Assembly: GCA_049860595.1 (NCBI GenBank)
Contig: CP187551.1
Direction: 5' to 3' (one strand)
Length of the DNA: 64,000 nucleotides
DNA from: Methanocaldococcus sp. 16A
GTDB lineage: Archaea; AGJL01; Methanococci; Methanococcales; Methanocaldococcaceae
Below, one piece after another: positions 49,301 to 58,957 of this stretch. Under the pieces are notes generated by a model. The model had not been told where the DNA came from and did no database searches. It was given only the letters and a program-made list of their open reading frames with translations. Every line of letters begins with the position of its first letter. Position 1 is the first letter of the stretch. Made by a program: the position numbers and the translations under genes.

Positions 49301-49840
49301 CTTCTTCTTTTTTTCATCAAACTCTGCTATCCCACTAATTTCATCAATAATCTTTCTCCTTTCAATAGGTGAAATGTTGATAATTTTTAATAAATCTCCC
49401 TGTGAAATTACATTATCTCCTAAAAGTCCTAATCTTCTAAATAAATCAATAATTTCATGCTTGGCCATCTTTTTTCTCTTTTCTTTATCATTTTCTTTCC
49501 AAACTAAATAATAATCCGTCTCTCCACTAATCTTTATCCTTCTTAAAATTCCTACTCTCTCAGCGTTAATATTGAAAGCATTATTTTCATTTGAGAAATA
49601 TAAACAAACTTCAGCAAAATCTGCCCTCTTTCCATTGTGATATGTTATTAATCCACTAAACCTATTAGCTCTCAACTTTTTAGCAGAAGTTTTTCCAAGC
49701 ACAAATAAGATGGCATCAACTATATTTGATTTTCCACTTCCATTAGGTCCTACTATTGCTGTAAATCCCTTTGGAATATCCAATGATAATTTTTTAAATG
49801 ATTTGAAATTTTTTAACTCTATTTTTTCCAAAGTAACCAT
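46331..49840 (-). CDS. smc: chromosome segregation protein SMC
   Basis: GPNGSGKS, coiled coils, hinge GRATFLPL...GAMIGG, MSGGEK, LDEVDAALD. Confidence 0.97.
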   Translation of the reverse strand: MVTLEKIELKNFKSFKKLSLDIPKGFTAIVGPNGSGKSNIVDAILFVLGKTSAKKLRANRFSGLITYHNGKRADFAEVCLYFSNENNAFNINAERVGILRRIKISGETDYYLVWKENDKEKRKKMAKHEIIDLFRRLGLLGDNVISQGDLLKIINISPIERRKIIDEISGIAEFDEKKKKAEEELKKARELIEMIDIRISEVENNLKKLKKEKEDAEKYIKLNEELKSAKYALILKKVNYLNMLLENLQNDIKNLENLKNEFLGKVGEIDAEIGSLKLRLNNIINELNEKGNEEVLELHKSIKELEIEIENDKKVLESSINELNKIENEIENKKDEIEETQKKIIENRDRIIEKENKIKEIEEKIKDLNYEKERLKEIISESENIIKNLKKSEMEIVDEIAKNQNELYKLKKELNDLDNLINRKNFEIEKNNEIIKKLKEELESVEDIDTKPLYLELENLKVEIEFSKKRIKELEEKKKELQVKLDELHSEYVKENARIKALKEMEELSMDRAIKEILNANLPGVIDIVGNLGKTKIEYKTAIEVAAGNRLNHIVVKRMDDAVRAIKYLKERKLGRATFLPLDRIEGREAEYIDEEGVIGRAIDLVEFDFKYKKIFEYVFGNTVVVENIDIAKELSKKYKKVRFVTLDGEVIEPSGAMIGGTFKSKAKIKVDIDLSKLNRISDEIIDIESELRNIKDEIERLNEIIKKSSAKKMEIENTLEIIKKNEMRRREIAEKNTMKIKELELKNKEILYELEELNLKKEEILDRINGIENKINELIERREKIINELKEYESDENLKRMNEIEDELKILEKEKAKLKNEIDKGLTLVKEILIPKIEELNKKVSELINKKAILEKNISFYKESIEKNLSILEEKRKRYEELTKNLKELTTKKEELEKEIEGLERERKDLLRKIRDIENKINELMVEKAKYESKLEEEERKLYLCEKVNISEEVEKKDIEELEIYIGELENEIKKLEPVNMRAIEDYNYVAERYNELIEKRKEYERDEEKYIQLMEELENKKKEVFMEVFNKIAKNFEEVYKEIGGIGKLSLENEKNPFEGGILIDASPRGKKLLSLDAMSGGEKSLTALAFLFAIQRLNPSPFYVLDEVDAALDVKNVSLIADMIKNASKDSQFIVISHREQMVSKADVVYGVYMENGLSKVVGIRL

Positions 49841-49923
49841 TACAACCACCATCTATTTAAAAATGTAAAAGCCCCACTTATTTTTATTTTTTGGTTTGTT
49901 GTATATAAAAAATTAAATTTTGA

Positions 49924-51027
49924 TTATATATATTCATCTAAACTTCTCTGCTTATCTAAATTCTTTATTTCATCTGGTTCTATTTTAGATGGTTTTTTGT
50001 TTAATGCTTTTCTAATTCCCTCCCTAATAACCCAAACTCCTAAGGGAATGTCATAATCTTTTTCAACAGTTCTTTTAACTATAACTGTTGCTTGCTTTCT
50101 CATTTTGTTTAATTTTTCTAAAACTGCCAATCTTGTTGCGTAATAAGCTCCTCCTGTATTTTTAGCATATCTCTTCCTCTCCTTAATCTCTGAATCAAAA
50201 ATGGTTATATTTCTATTGCTTCTATTCCAAATACATCCTGGTTTATAAGTTTCTATTAATTTAAAGCTCCAAGGCTTTGGTAAGAAATAGATTTCAAACC
50301 TATTACCCAAATAATAATTTTCAAACTTCAATGGTTCATCTAAAACTTTATAATCCCTAATTTTTTTGATGTATTCTTTTCCTATAATGTCATCAACTGC
50401 AGTTATTGCCCATCTTGTTGGAACTAATCTCTTCTCTTTTCCTAAAATTCCACAAGAAAACAATCTTGAAGCATAGATTTCATCAAATTTTTTATAAATT
50501 TTTAAAACTCCCTCAATTGAGTAATCATCAAATACTTTATCAACAATCTGTGGAATTTTCGGATTGTCATATTTTAATCTCTTTAATTCACCAACTGGTC
50601 CTATAGGAGGTATGTCATTAAAAAACGGCAATATAAGTTTTGGTTTATTATAGAATTCCACTTCAGAATCTACTGGTTTTATACTCATAGCTATTTCTTG
50701 TAGTTTTTCAACCAATGGAGTTATTTTGTATGCATTTACTTTAATTCTTGGGGAAAATAGATTTAATCTAATTTTTAATATTTCTTCTTTTTTAAATCCA
50801 TATAAATGCTCAACATCCTCAAACCCACCAACAAGCGGAGATATAGATACATTTGGATAATTAACTCTCCCAACTAAAAAAGATGCTGAACTCCCAAACA
50901 CTTCAGTTTTAATCTCTGGCAGATATTTTAAAATTTCTCTAAATTTAGATTTATAAGTATTTTGTAAAAGGGGACATGTTTGCTTTCCGCAGTAGCTTTT
51001 ACCTTTGCATTTAATGCATAAATACAT
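49924..51027 (-). CDS. Nre-family DNA repair protein
   Basis: CIKCKG..CG..CP, RLVPTRWAITAVD, GGAYYATR, LGVWVIRE, C-terminal PIP-like QRSLDEYI. Confidence 0.85.
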   Translation of the reverse strand: MYLCIKCKGKSYCGKQTCPLLQNTYKSKFREILKYLPEIKTEVFGSSASFLVGRVNYPNVSISPLVGGFEDVEHLYGFKKEEILKIRLNLFSPRIKVNAYKITPLVEKLQEIAMSIKPVDSEVEFYNKPKLILPFFNDIPPIGPVGELKRLKYDNPKIPQIVDKVFDDYSIEGVLKIYKKFDEIYASRLFSCGILGKEKRLVPTRWAITAVDDIIGKEYIKKIRDYKVLDEPLKFENYYLGNRFEIYFLPKPWSFKLIETYKPGCIWNRSNRNITIFDSEIKERKRYAKNTGGAYYATRLAVLEKLNKMRKQATVIVKRTVEKDYDIPLGVWVIREGIRKALNKKPSKIEPDEIKNLDKQRSLDEYI

Positions 51028-51085
51028 GTAATCCCCTAAAATAATTAATTTAAATTAATAAATATATGTTTTTATAAGATAATAA

Positions 51086-51160
51086 TGCTCCGGCCGGGAT
51101 TTGAACCCGGGTCGCGGGCTCGAAAGGCCCGCATGATTGGCCGGACTACACCACCGGAGC
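51086..51160 (-). tRNA. tRNA-Glu (TTC)
   Basis: Cloverleaf GCTCCGG...CGGGC-CT-TTC-GA-GCCCG...GTTCAAATC...CCGGAGC-A; CCA not encoded. Confidence 0.97.
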
Positions 51161-51182
51161 AATCGATAAAAAATAGAAAAAT

Positions 51183-51260
51183 TGGCGGACCCGAGGGGAT
51201 TTGAACCCCCGACCCCCGGCTTAGAAGGCCGGTGCCCTATCCAGGCTAGGCTACGGGTCC
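51183..51260 (-). tRNA. tRNA-Arg (TCT)
   Basis: GGACCCG...CCGGC-CT-TCT-AA-GCCGG...GTTCAAATC...CGGGTCC-G-CCA. Confidence 0.97.
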
Positions 51261-51510
51261 TCTTCAACTCAACCTTTTTGGTTTGCAAGCACTTTCTACA
51301 ATGAACTTTCTACTATATATACTTTTCGTTTCATGATTTATAACGAATTCTAATTAAAAGAAATTTAAAAATAGCCAACCTTGATATTTTTGTTTCTAAT
51401 GTCCAAATTGCTATTAAAAATTCTAAATGACAAATTTTTTATATGAAAAATCAAATTTTAACCGTGAAATTTTAGAAAATTGGTATTAGAAAATCTAATA
51501 AGGTGAAATT

Positions 51511-52365
51511 ATGAGGAAGTTTTTTGCCTTGGTTGTGGGAATTGTAGTGTCTGCTTTACTTCTATATGGATGTACTTCCAACCAAGCTACAGAGAATCCG
51601 CAAAAAGAGGTTCCAACTTTGGTAGTTTATAGCTGTGGAGGTCCAACAGAGGCAATTCAGGAATTAAATTCTGTTTTTGAAAAAAAATATAACTGTAAAG
51701 TAGAATTCACAGGAGCTTCATCAGGAACATTGAGGAAGGCTATAGAAAATGGTGCATACTGTGATGTTTATATGCCAAGAGGAGTTAAACATGCAGAAAT
51801 TCTATTAAATAAAAGTTTGATTGAGCCAGATTTCAAAATCTACCAATTTACTGAGTGGGTGATAATAACTCCAAAAGGCAATCCGAAGAATATAACAAAG
51901 TTAGAGGATTTGTTGAGAGATGATGTTATTGTATATACAAACTCAAAAGCATCAATTCCTGAAAGTAGAGCATTAAAACCAAAAAAGGACATAATTGAGA
52001 AGATTTATGAGAAAAGTGCAAAGGACTTTGATTGCTACAGAAAGATGCTAAAAGCCGTTGTTGATGGAGAATGTGATGCTGCACTTGTTGAGAGAAGGTG
52101 TGCATATTTAGATGGAGTGAAAGGAAATGTTGAGATTATTGAGATTCCAAGAGAATATTTAAACAAAGGAGATGGTTTATTCACAATTGGTGTTTTGAAA
52201 AACTCAAAGAATAAAGATTTAGCTTACAAATATATGGAATTTGTCTTATCTGATGAAGGACAAAGCATTTTAGCAAAACATGGATTTATTCCAGTAAAAT
52301 CTGAGAAAGGACAAGAGATATTAAACAAATACTATCCTGAATACAAAGACCTTGCCCCTAAATAA
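51511..52365 (+). CDS. ModA-like substrate-binding lipoprotein
   Basis: Signal peptide and lipobox LLYGC; TGASSGTL, KGNPKNI..LEDL, FVLSDEGQSILAKHGF. Confidence 0.75.
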   Translation: MRKFFALVVGIVVSALLLYGCTSNQATENPQKEVPTLVVYSCGGPTEAIQELNSVFEKKYNCKVEFTGASSGTLRKAIENGAYCDVYMPRGVKHAEILLNKSLIEPDFKIYQFTEWVIITPKGNPKNITKLEDLLRDDVIVYTNSKASIPESRALKPKKDIIEKIYEKSAKDFDCYRKMLKAVVDGECDAALVERRCAYLDGVKGNVEIIEIPREYLNKGDGLFTIGVLKNSKNKDLAYKYMEFVLSDEGQSILAKHGFIPVKSEKGQEILNKYYPEYKDLAPK

Positions 52366-52402
52366 TTACTCTACTTTTTAATTCTATTTTTGGGGTGATA
52401 GT

Positions 52403-53056
52403 GTGGATTTGAAATTTAAAAGGATTTTATCATTAATTGTTAAATATGGAATTTTTGTTATTGCTATTCCTACATTGGCTATTGTTATTTTAAGATGTCC
52501 TTATGCTATTCCATTTTTAGCATGTGATTTATGCCCAGTAGTTGATTGTCCTTCCAAGTATTATAGAAAAGAGTTTGTTATATTTGCCCTTGGGTATATT
52601 GCTTTGTTTAGGAAAGATTTTTGTGCTTGGATTTGCCCTTATGGAACTTTAAATGACATTATTTACAAAATAAGAAGAAAAATATCCAAAAAATCATTAA
52701 AAATTCCGTTAGAGCTAAAATTGACATTTACTTTTTTAAAGTACGTTGTGTTTGTTTTTGCCATAATCGCACTACTGAATGGAAACCCAAGATACTACAT
52801 CCCAATCCACACAAGTGATTTACTTACCTCAATAAAATTAGCATATTTAACTGCTGGGAATGCATATTATGCAAGATTGGCATTAATATTAATTGGATTG
52901 ATTTTGGGCATAGCTATACCAAGATTTTGGTGTAGATTTTTGTGTCCTTATGGAACAACATTCCAATTGATAAAAAAAGCTTTCAGAAAAATAAAAACAC
53001 AAATACAAAAAGAACATAAATGTGAAAAATGTTCAAAGTGTGGAAATTATGATTAA
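52403..53056 (+). CDS. membrane 4Fe-4S-binding protein (NapH/YccM-like)
   Basis: TM helices with FCAWICPYG and FWCRFLCPYG; additional CDLCP..CP and C-terminal CEKCSKC. Confidence 0.75.
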   Translation: MDLKFKRILSLIVKYGIFVIAIPTLAIVILRCPYAIPFLACDLCPVVDCPSKYYRKEFVIFALGYIALFRKDFCAWICPYGTLNDIIYKIRRKISKKSLKIPLELKLTFTFLKYVVFVFAIIALLNGNPRYYIPIHTSDLLTSIKLAYLTAGNAYYARLALILIGLILGIAIPRFWCRFLCPYGTTFQLIKKAFRKIKTQIQKEHKCEKCSKCGNYD

Positions 53057-53900
53057 TGATATTTATCTTTCATTGGAACGCTCTTTAAATTTCTTTTTAA
53101 AAGCTTTTCCATATCTTATGTTTGGATTTATTTTATCTGCTTATTTAAAAATAAAGTTAAAAGGAGAGTTAAGGAAAAAGTTTGTTCATTTATTGGATGA
53201 TTCAAAAAAATCCATAATTTTAGCATCAATTATTGGAGCTTTTCTACCCTTATGTTCTGCAAGCAGTATTCCAATAGTTAATGCATTGAATTCACGAGGG
53301 GCTAATTTAGGAGTTAGTTTTGCGTTTGTAGTATCAGCATCATCAATAAATCCAATTAGTATATTGCTATCTCTCTCATTGTTAGGATATAAAATAGCAA
53401 TTATACAAATTTTAGCATCTTTAATCTTGGCTGTATTTGTAGGATTTGTTTTTCACAATAAAAGGACGATATTTTTTGTTGTTGAAAATAAAAAATCTAA
53501 TGACAATTTTTTTGATGTATTTATTGAGCAATTTAAAAAATTGTTTCCTTCTATTGTCTTAGGATTTTTGATTTCTGGATTTGTAATGACTTACATTCCA
53601 AAGGAGACAATTTTATTAGTTCTTTCTAACAATATAATCACATATTTTTATGTTTCAATAATAAGGATATTTATCTTCCTCTGCCCACATGCAATGATTC
53701 CTTTAATAAAAACGGTTGCAATAGAAGGAATTCCAAAGGGATTGATTATTTCATTTTTGATTTCTTCACAATCCATTGGTTTGCCTCTATTATTGGGAAT
53801 GAGAAAAATATATGGGATAAAATTAACATTGAGATATTTATTTAGTGTTATTGTTGGAAGTGGAATAATTGGAATAGCTATAGACAAAATTGGAATATAA
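53049..53900 (+). CDS. DUF318/ArsP-type permease
   Basis: Two hydrophobic repeats with PLCSASSIP and FLCPHAMIP motifs. Confidence 0.75.
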   Translation: MINDIYLSLERSLNFFLKAFPYLMFGFILSAYLKIKLKGELRKKFVHLLDDSKKSIILASIIGAFLPLCSASSIPIVNALNSRGANLGVSFAFVVSASSINPISILLSLSLLGYKIAIIQILASLILAVFVGFVFHNKRTIFFVVENKKSNDNFFDVFIEQFKKLFPSIVLGFLISGFVMTYIPKETILLVLSNNIITYFYVSIIRIFIFLCPHAMIPLIKTVAIEGIPKGLIISFLISSQSIGLPLLLGMRKIYGIKLTLRYLFSVIVGSGIIGIAIDKIGI

Positions 53901-54050
53901 CTAATCCCAAATTTATATGGTTAATTATAAATATAAGTTTGTGGCAAAGATAATAATCACATTTTTATTGTTTTTTATAATCTTAATAATATTGATGATT
54001 ACTCTATTTCTTTTTTTATTAAATTTAACTGATTCAGAGGTGAACACACT

Positions 54051-54614
54051 ATGTATAAAATTTTAGAGATTGCTGATGTTGTTAGAGTACCACCAGAAGA
54101 ATTTGGAAAAGATTTGAAAGAAACTGTAAAAAAAATTCTCATGGAAAAATATGAAGGAAGGTTAGATAAAGATGTTGGATTTATTTTATCCATTGTAGAT
54201 GTAAAAGAAGTTGGAGAAGGTAAGGTAGTACATGGTGATGGTTCAGCATATCATCCAGTTGTATTTGAAACTCTCGTCTATATTCCAGAGATGTATGAAC
54301 TTATTGAGGGAGAGGTTGTTGATGTTGTAGAATTTGGAAGCTTTGTAAGGTTAGGGCCTTTGGATGGATTAATCCACGTTTCACAAATTATGGATGACTA
54401 TGTCTCTTACGACCCTAAGAGAGAAGCAATTATTGGAAAAGAAACTGGAAAGGTTTTAGAAATTGGAGATTATGTTAGGGCAAGAATTGTTGCTATTAGT
54501 TTAAAAGCAGAGAGAAAAAGAGGTAGTAAGATAGCATTAACTATGAGACAGCCATATTTAGGGAAATTAGAGTGGATTGAAGAAGAAAAAGCTAAAAAAG
54601 AACAGCAAGAATAA
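54051..54614 (+). CDS. rpoE1: RNA polymerase subunit Rpo7 (E')
   Basis: [10 protein letters not shown]1 domain [18 protein letters not shown]. Confidence 0.97.
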   Translation: MYKILEIADVVRVPPEEFGKDLKETVKKILMEKYEGRLDKDVGFILSIVDVKEVGEGKVVHGDGSAYHPVVFETLVYIPEMYELIEGEVVDVVEFGSFVRLGPLDGLIHVSQIMDDYVSYDPKREAIIGKETGKVLEIGDYVRARIVAISLKAERKRGSKIALTMRQPYLGKLEWIEEEKAKKEQQE

Positions 54615-54623
54615 GGTGAGCTT

Positions 54624-54803
54624 ATGAAAGCATGTTTAAAATGCAAATACTTAACAAATGATGATATATGTCCAATATGCCAATCTCCAACAAGTGAAAA
54701 TTGGATAGGGCTTTTAATAGTTATAAATCCCGAAAAATCAGAGATAGCAAAAAAGGCTGGAATTGATATTAAAGGGAAGTATGCATTAAGTGTAAAGGAG
54801 TAG
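54624..54803 (+). CDS. spt4: transcription elongation factor Spt4 (RpoE''); absent from the ORF track
   Basis: Translated by hand: [10 protein letters not shown]...CPICQ...[31 protein letters not shown]; GGTGA RBS. Confidence 0.93.
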   Translation: MKACLKCKYLTNDDICPICQSPTSENWIGLLIVINPEKSEIAKKAGIDIKGKYALSVKE

Positions 54804-54804
54804 A

Positions 54805-55287
54805 TTGGCTATGTTAAAGCTTCCAGAAAAGTTGAGGGAAAAATTAAAAAAGCCCTTTGGAAAAGTATATAAAACACTACCAGATATAAATGGAGATATT
54901 GTAACTGTTGGAGATATTGTAACAAAAACTGTAATTGAAAACAACATAATCCCAAAACTTTCCATTTTTGATTTAAAAACTCAGAGAGATATCCCTGTTG
55001 AAATAAACCATACATTCAAAAAAATTATTAAAGTAAAAAATCCTCCTGGATATATATCTGATGAAGCAATAGAAAGTATTAAATATCTATCTACAATAAA
55101 TGATAAAGACATTGCCCTATTAGTTGATGGTGAGGAAGACCTCCTTACTTTAATTGTTATCAAATACTTTCCCATTGGAACTTATGTTCTATACGGTCAG
55201 CCAAATGAAGGAATCGTTGTTTTAAAAATAGATAAAATACTAAAACAAGAAATTGAAGAAATATTAAAACAATTCAAAAAAATTTAA
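54805..55287 (+). CDS. GTP-dependent dephospho-CoA kinase (DUF359)
   Basis: [27 protein letters not shown]. Confidence 0.85.
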   Translation: MAMLKLPEKLREKLKKPFGKVYKTLPDINGDIVTVGDIVTKTVIENNIIPKLSIFDLKTQRDIPVEINHTFKKIIKVKNPPGYISDEAIESIKYLSTINDKDIALLVDGEEDLLTLIVIKYFPIGTYVLYGQPNEGIVVLKIDKILKQEIEEILKQFKKI

Positions 55288-55298
55288 GAGGGGATAAT

Positions 55299-55604
55299 AT
55301 GGAAATAAAAATATTATCAGAAAGATACAATCCATTATTGAAAAGAAAAGAATACAGATTCATTGTAGACCACGAAGGACCTACACCAACCTTTAAAGAT
55401 GTTAAGTTAAAGCTCGCAGCAATATTAAATGCAAATAAAGATTTATTGATTGTTGAAAAAATTGTTGAAGAAGCTGGAATGCAGAGAGCAAGAGGTTATG
55501 CTAAACTTTATGACAATGAGGAAATGATGAAATTAATTGAAAGAGAACACATTTTAAGAAAAAATAAAATAGAAGAAGAAACAGCTGCTGAGGAGGGAGA
55601 ATAA
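55299..55604 (+). CDS. rps24e: 30S ribosomal protein S24e
   Basis: NPLLKRKE, GPTP, GYAKLY. Confidence 0.95.
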   Translation: MEIKILSERYNPLLKRKEYRFIVDHEGPTPTFKDVKLKLAAILNANKDLLIVEKIVEEAGMQRARGYAKLYDNEEMMKLIEREHILRKNKIEEETAAEEGE

Positions 55605-55786
55605 TGACAAAAGGTAAAAAAACAGCAAAATACAAATACTACAAAATTGAAGGAGATAAAGTTGTAAGATTGAAGAAGGTTTGCCCAAAATGTGGGCCTG
55701 GAGTTTTCATGGCTGAGCACTTAAACAGATACGCATGTGGAAAATGTGGTTATATAGAATGGAAACAGCCACAAAAGAATGAATAA
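55604..55786 (+). CDS. rps27ae: 30S ribosomal protein S27ae
   Basis: CPKCGPGVFMAEH..RYACGKCG. Confidence 0.97.
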   Translation: MTKGKKTAKYKYYKIEGDKVVRLKKVCPKCGPGVFMAEHLNRYACGKCGYIEWKQPQKNE

Positions 55787-55794
55787 AATTTAAT

Positions 55795-56814
55795 TTAATG
55801 TTCTAATTCTTCTTTTAATTCCAATACACTCATAGCTCTCAATATGTCTGTTTTTGATATTATTCCTTTTAATTTACCATCTTCTACAACAAACACTCTA
55901 TCAGTATAAGCCATTTTTCTTAGAATATCGTTTATATCGGTATCTTCATCAACTACAACAGGTTTTTGCATATAATCTCTAACAGTTCCTTCTTTTTTGT
56001 GTATGTTATTTATCCCTATACAGCCTACTAATTTTCCATTTTCAACTACTGGGTATCCAAAATATTTGTGTTTGAGCATAAAATTTAAAAATTCTTCAAT
56101 GCTCATATCTGGAGTTACATATACAGGATTTAATGTCATAATGTCCTTTGCCTTAATATTCTTAAATATCGTCTCAACTTCTACTATTTTACTTTCTTGT
56201 TCAGCTCCAAAATAGACAAATAAGCTAACTAAAATTAATATAATATTCATTGATAAAAGACCAAATATTAGCATGATTAAAGCTAAGCTCTTTCCAATAT
56301 TTGCTGCTATCTTTGTTGATTTTAAATAACCATATCTTTTTGATAAGATTGCTCTTAAAATCCTACCTCCATCCATTGGAAATGCTGGAATCAAATTAAA
56401 GCTCCCAAGCATTAAGTTTAATAAGCTTAAGGTGTATAATAAAGGATATCCATTTATGTTTACATCAAAAAATTGAGATATAATTAATAAAGTTATCCCA
56501 ATGATAAAGCTAACTAAAGGTCCAGCTATCCCTATCTTCAACTCACCCTCTTTTGGAATTTTATCCATCATTGCAACTCCACCAATTGGCAATAGCAAGA
56601 TTTTCTCTATTTTTACTCCATACTTTTTAGCAACATAACTATGCCCAAGCTCATGTAAAACAACAGACACAAATAATAAAATAAATAGAACAGCCCAAAA
56701 TATGCTGTTATTCATTATAGATAAAGCAATAACTATTACCAAAAATAAAATAAAGGTTATATGCAACTCTATTGGAATTCCCATAATTTTGAACAATCTT
56801 ATTGAGTAATTCAT
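55795..56814 (-). CDS. site-2 protease (M50) with CBS domains
   Basis: HELGH, AGP, FNLIPAFPMDGG, CBS pair. Confidence 0.93.
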   Translation of the reverse strand: MNYSIRLFKIMGIPIELHITFILFLVIVIALSIMNNSIFWAVLFILLFVSVVLHELGHSYVAKKYGVKIEKILLLPIGGVAMMDKIPKEGELKIGIAGPLVSFIIGITLLIISQFFDVNINGYPLLYTLSLLNLMLGSFNLIPAFPMDGGRILRAILSKRYGYLKSTKIAANIGKSLALIMLIFGLLSMNIILILVSLFVYFGAEQESKIVEVETIFKNIKAKDIMTLNPVYVTPDMSIEEFLNFMLKHKYFGYPVVENGKLVGCIGINNIHKKEGTVRDYMQKPVVVDEDTDINDILRKMAYTDRVFVVEDGKLKGIISKTDILRAMSVLELKEELEH

Positions 56815-56905
56815 ACCCCTCCCCCTATTTTTATTTTAATTACATTTTTAATTCTATTACTATATATTACTATTTCATAGCATATTTATGATTCGGTGAA
56901 AATCT

Positions 56906-57448
56906 ATGATTCCAGATGAAGAATTTATAAGAAAAGATAAAGTTCCAATAACAAAAGAAGAAATTAGGGCTGTAAGTATTGGGAAATTAAATTTAAATAA
57001 AGATGATGTTGTTGTTGATATTGGTTGTGGAAGTGGAGGAATGACAGTTGAGATAGCTAAAAGATGTAAGTTTGTATATGCAATAGATTACTTAGACGAT
57101 GCTATTGAGCTAACTAAACAAAATTTAGCCAAATTTAATATTAAAAACTGCCAAGTTATAAAAGGAAGAGCCGAAGATATTCTATATAACTTAGAGTTTA
57201 ACAAAGCTTTTATAGGTGGAACTAAAAATATTGAAAAGATAATTGAAATTTTGGATAAAAAAGGTATAAATCATATTGTTGCCAATACAATTATTTTAGA
57301 GAATGCGGTTAAAATAATGAATGAATTAGAAAATAAGGGCTATAATGTTGAAGCTGTTAATGTTTTTATTTCTTACAGCAAAAAAATCTCTTCTGGACAC
57401 ATGTTTTTGGCAAAGAATCCAATAACCATAATAAAAGCTGTCAGGTAG
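56906..57448 (+). CDS. cbiT: cobalt-precorrin-6B C15-methyltransferase
   Basis: TKEEIRA, DIGCGSG, FIGG, AKNPI. Confidence 0.9.
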   Translation: MIPDEEFIRKDKVPITKEEIRAVSIGKLNLNKDDVVVDIGCGSGGMTVEIAKRCKFVYAIDYLDDAIELTKQNLAKFNIKNCQVIKGRAEDILYNLEFNKAFIGGTKNIEKIIEILDKKGINHIVANTIILENAVKIMNELENKGYNVEAVNVFISYSKKISSGHMFLAKNPITIIKAVR

Positions 57449-57455
57449 ATTTAGT

Positions 57456-57842
57456 ATGGAGGAGAAAATAACTCTCTCAATACAAAATCCAGAAAGCGTT
57501 TTAATTTCCTATGTTGATATTTATTTAGGGGATAAAAATGTTTCATTGGAAGTTTTATCTAAAGACACTGCTAAGATAAATCTACCATTTGATAAAGATG
57601 AAGGAGAAGGAGAGATTATTGTTAAAATTAGATATAAAACTCTCCCTCATCCAAAAAATAAGGATAAAAAAGATATTAAAAAACAAAATTATAATATGAT
57701 GCAAAATCTTAATAAAATTACTAAAAAAACTAATGATAGAAAAAATGATAACATTATAATAGCAGATTCTAAACCAGTTTCATTAGAAGAACTTAAAAAA
57801 GAAGAGAAAAAGAGAAAATTAAGTGATATAATAATTGTCTAA
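57456..57842 (+). CDS. hypothetical protein
   Basis: 128 aa ORF; no motif recognised. Confidence 0.5.
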   Translation: MEEKITLSIQNPESVLISYVDIYLGDKNVSLEVLSKDTAKINLPFDKDEGEGEIIVKIRYKTLPHPKNKDKKDIKKQNYNMMQNLNKITKKTNDRKNDNIIIADSKPVSLEELKKEEKKRKLSDIIIV

Positions 57843-57843
57843 C

Positions 57844-58764
57844 TTATAGCTTTTTTCTAATTGGCTCTAAAATCTTTATAAGCTCTTCAGCTACAGCATT
57901 TTTTAAATCCATTGGATGGAGTTCTTTATTTTTAAATAACTCTTCCAATTCTTTATAGCTATTAACAGTTAAATCCCCACCAAATTTTTCTGGTCTGTTT
58001 ATAGTTAAAGGATATTCAAGGAAATATTTGGCTATCTCCATTATAGGATTTCCTTCAACAACTCCAGCAGGGCAATAAGCTTTCTTTATCTTAGCCCTAA
58101 TCTCTTCTGGAGAGTCATCAACCGCTATAAAGTTTCCTTTTGAAGAACTCATCTTTCCTTCTCCATCTAAACCTGTCAATACAGGATTGTGAATGCAAAC
58201 GACCTTTTTTGGCAAAAGTTCTCTTGCTAACATGTGTATCTTTCTCTGCTCCATTCCCCCAACTGCAACATCAACATCTAAGTAATAAATATCATTTACC
58301 TGCATTATTGGATAGATAACCTCAGCAACCTTTGGATTTTCATCCTCTCTTGCTATAAGTTCCATACTTCTTCTTGCTCTCTTTAAGGTAGTTTTTAAAG
58401 CTAATCTATAAACATTTAAAGTATAATCCTTATCAAGCTGGAACTCACTACCATAAACATATTTTGCCTTTAATCCCATTGCCTCAAAAACTCTTCTGTT
58501 GTATTCACCAATCTCTCTAATCTCATCCAACTCTCCTTTCTGGTTTAAATATGCATGCAAATCAGCTAACAATATGATTATATCAAATCCTGCATTTTGT
58601 AAATCAATCATCTTTTTTATTTGCAAATAATGCCCTAAATGTATTTTACCACTTGGTTCAAAACCTATGTAAGCTTTTTTATCTTTTTTCTTTAAAACCT
58701 CTTTTAACTCCTCCTCACTAACTATTTCAACAGTGTTTCTCTTTATCATCTCAAATTCGTTCAT
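57844..58764 (-). CDS. tyrS: tyrosine--tRNA ligase
   Basis: [26 protein letters not shown]. Confidence 0.98.
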   Translation of the reverse strand: MNEFEMIKRNTVEIVSEEELKEVLKKKDKKAYIGFEPSGKIHLGHYLQIKKMIDLQNAGFDIIILLADLHAYLNQKGELDEIREIGEYNRRVFEAMGLKAKYVYGSEFQLDKDYTLNVYRLALKTTLKRARRSMELIAREDENPKVAEVIYPIMQVNDIYYLDVDVAVGGMEQRKIHMLARELLPKKVVCIHNPVLTGLDGEGKMSSSKGNFIAVDDSPEEIRAKIKKAYCPAGVVEGNPIMEIAKYFLEYPLTINRPEKFGGDLTVNSYKELEELFKNKELHPMDLKNAVAEELIKILEPIRKKL

Positions 58765-58810
58765 TAGGTATCACCACAAAATTTTTGTTCATGCAAAACC
58801 TTATTATATA

Positions 58811-58902
58811 TAGGACTTTCGCAGGAATAAATGTTAAAAGGTATATTTGATGCCTTTGGCATCATTTTTTCATTAGCAAATATATAAAGTGCGAAAGTCC
58901 TA
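58811..58902. mobile_element. MITE-like element, copy C (inverted relative to B)
   Basis: TIRs TAGGACTTTCGCA / TGCGAAAGTCCTA; reverse complement aligns gap-free with copy B; inserted in a TA run. Confidence 0.85.
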
Positions 58903-58957
58903 TATATAGGCAGGCATAATTTATAAATTTACGTTCAATCTTATTTTTGGTGATATC

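Noticed and set aside
51055-51288. 77 aa ORF
   Set aside because: Overlies the two tRNA genes.
49924-53900. Integrated element at tRNA-Glu/tRNA-Arg
   Set aside because: No integrase and no duplicated tRNA fragment (att) seen.
57844-58764. Engineered orthogonal TyrRS
   Set aside because: Active-site Tyr32 and Asp158 are wild type and the context is native.
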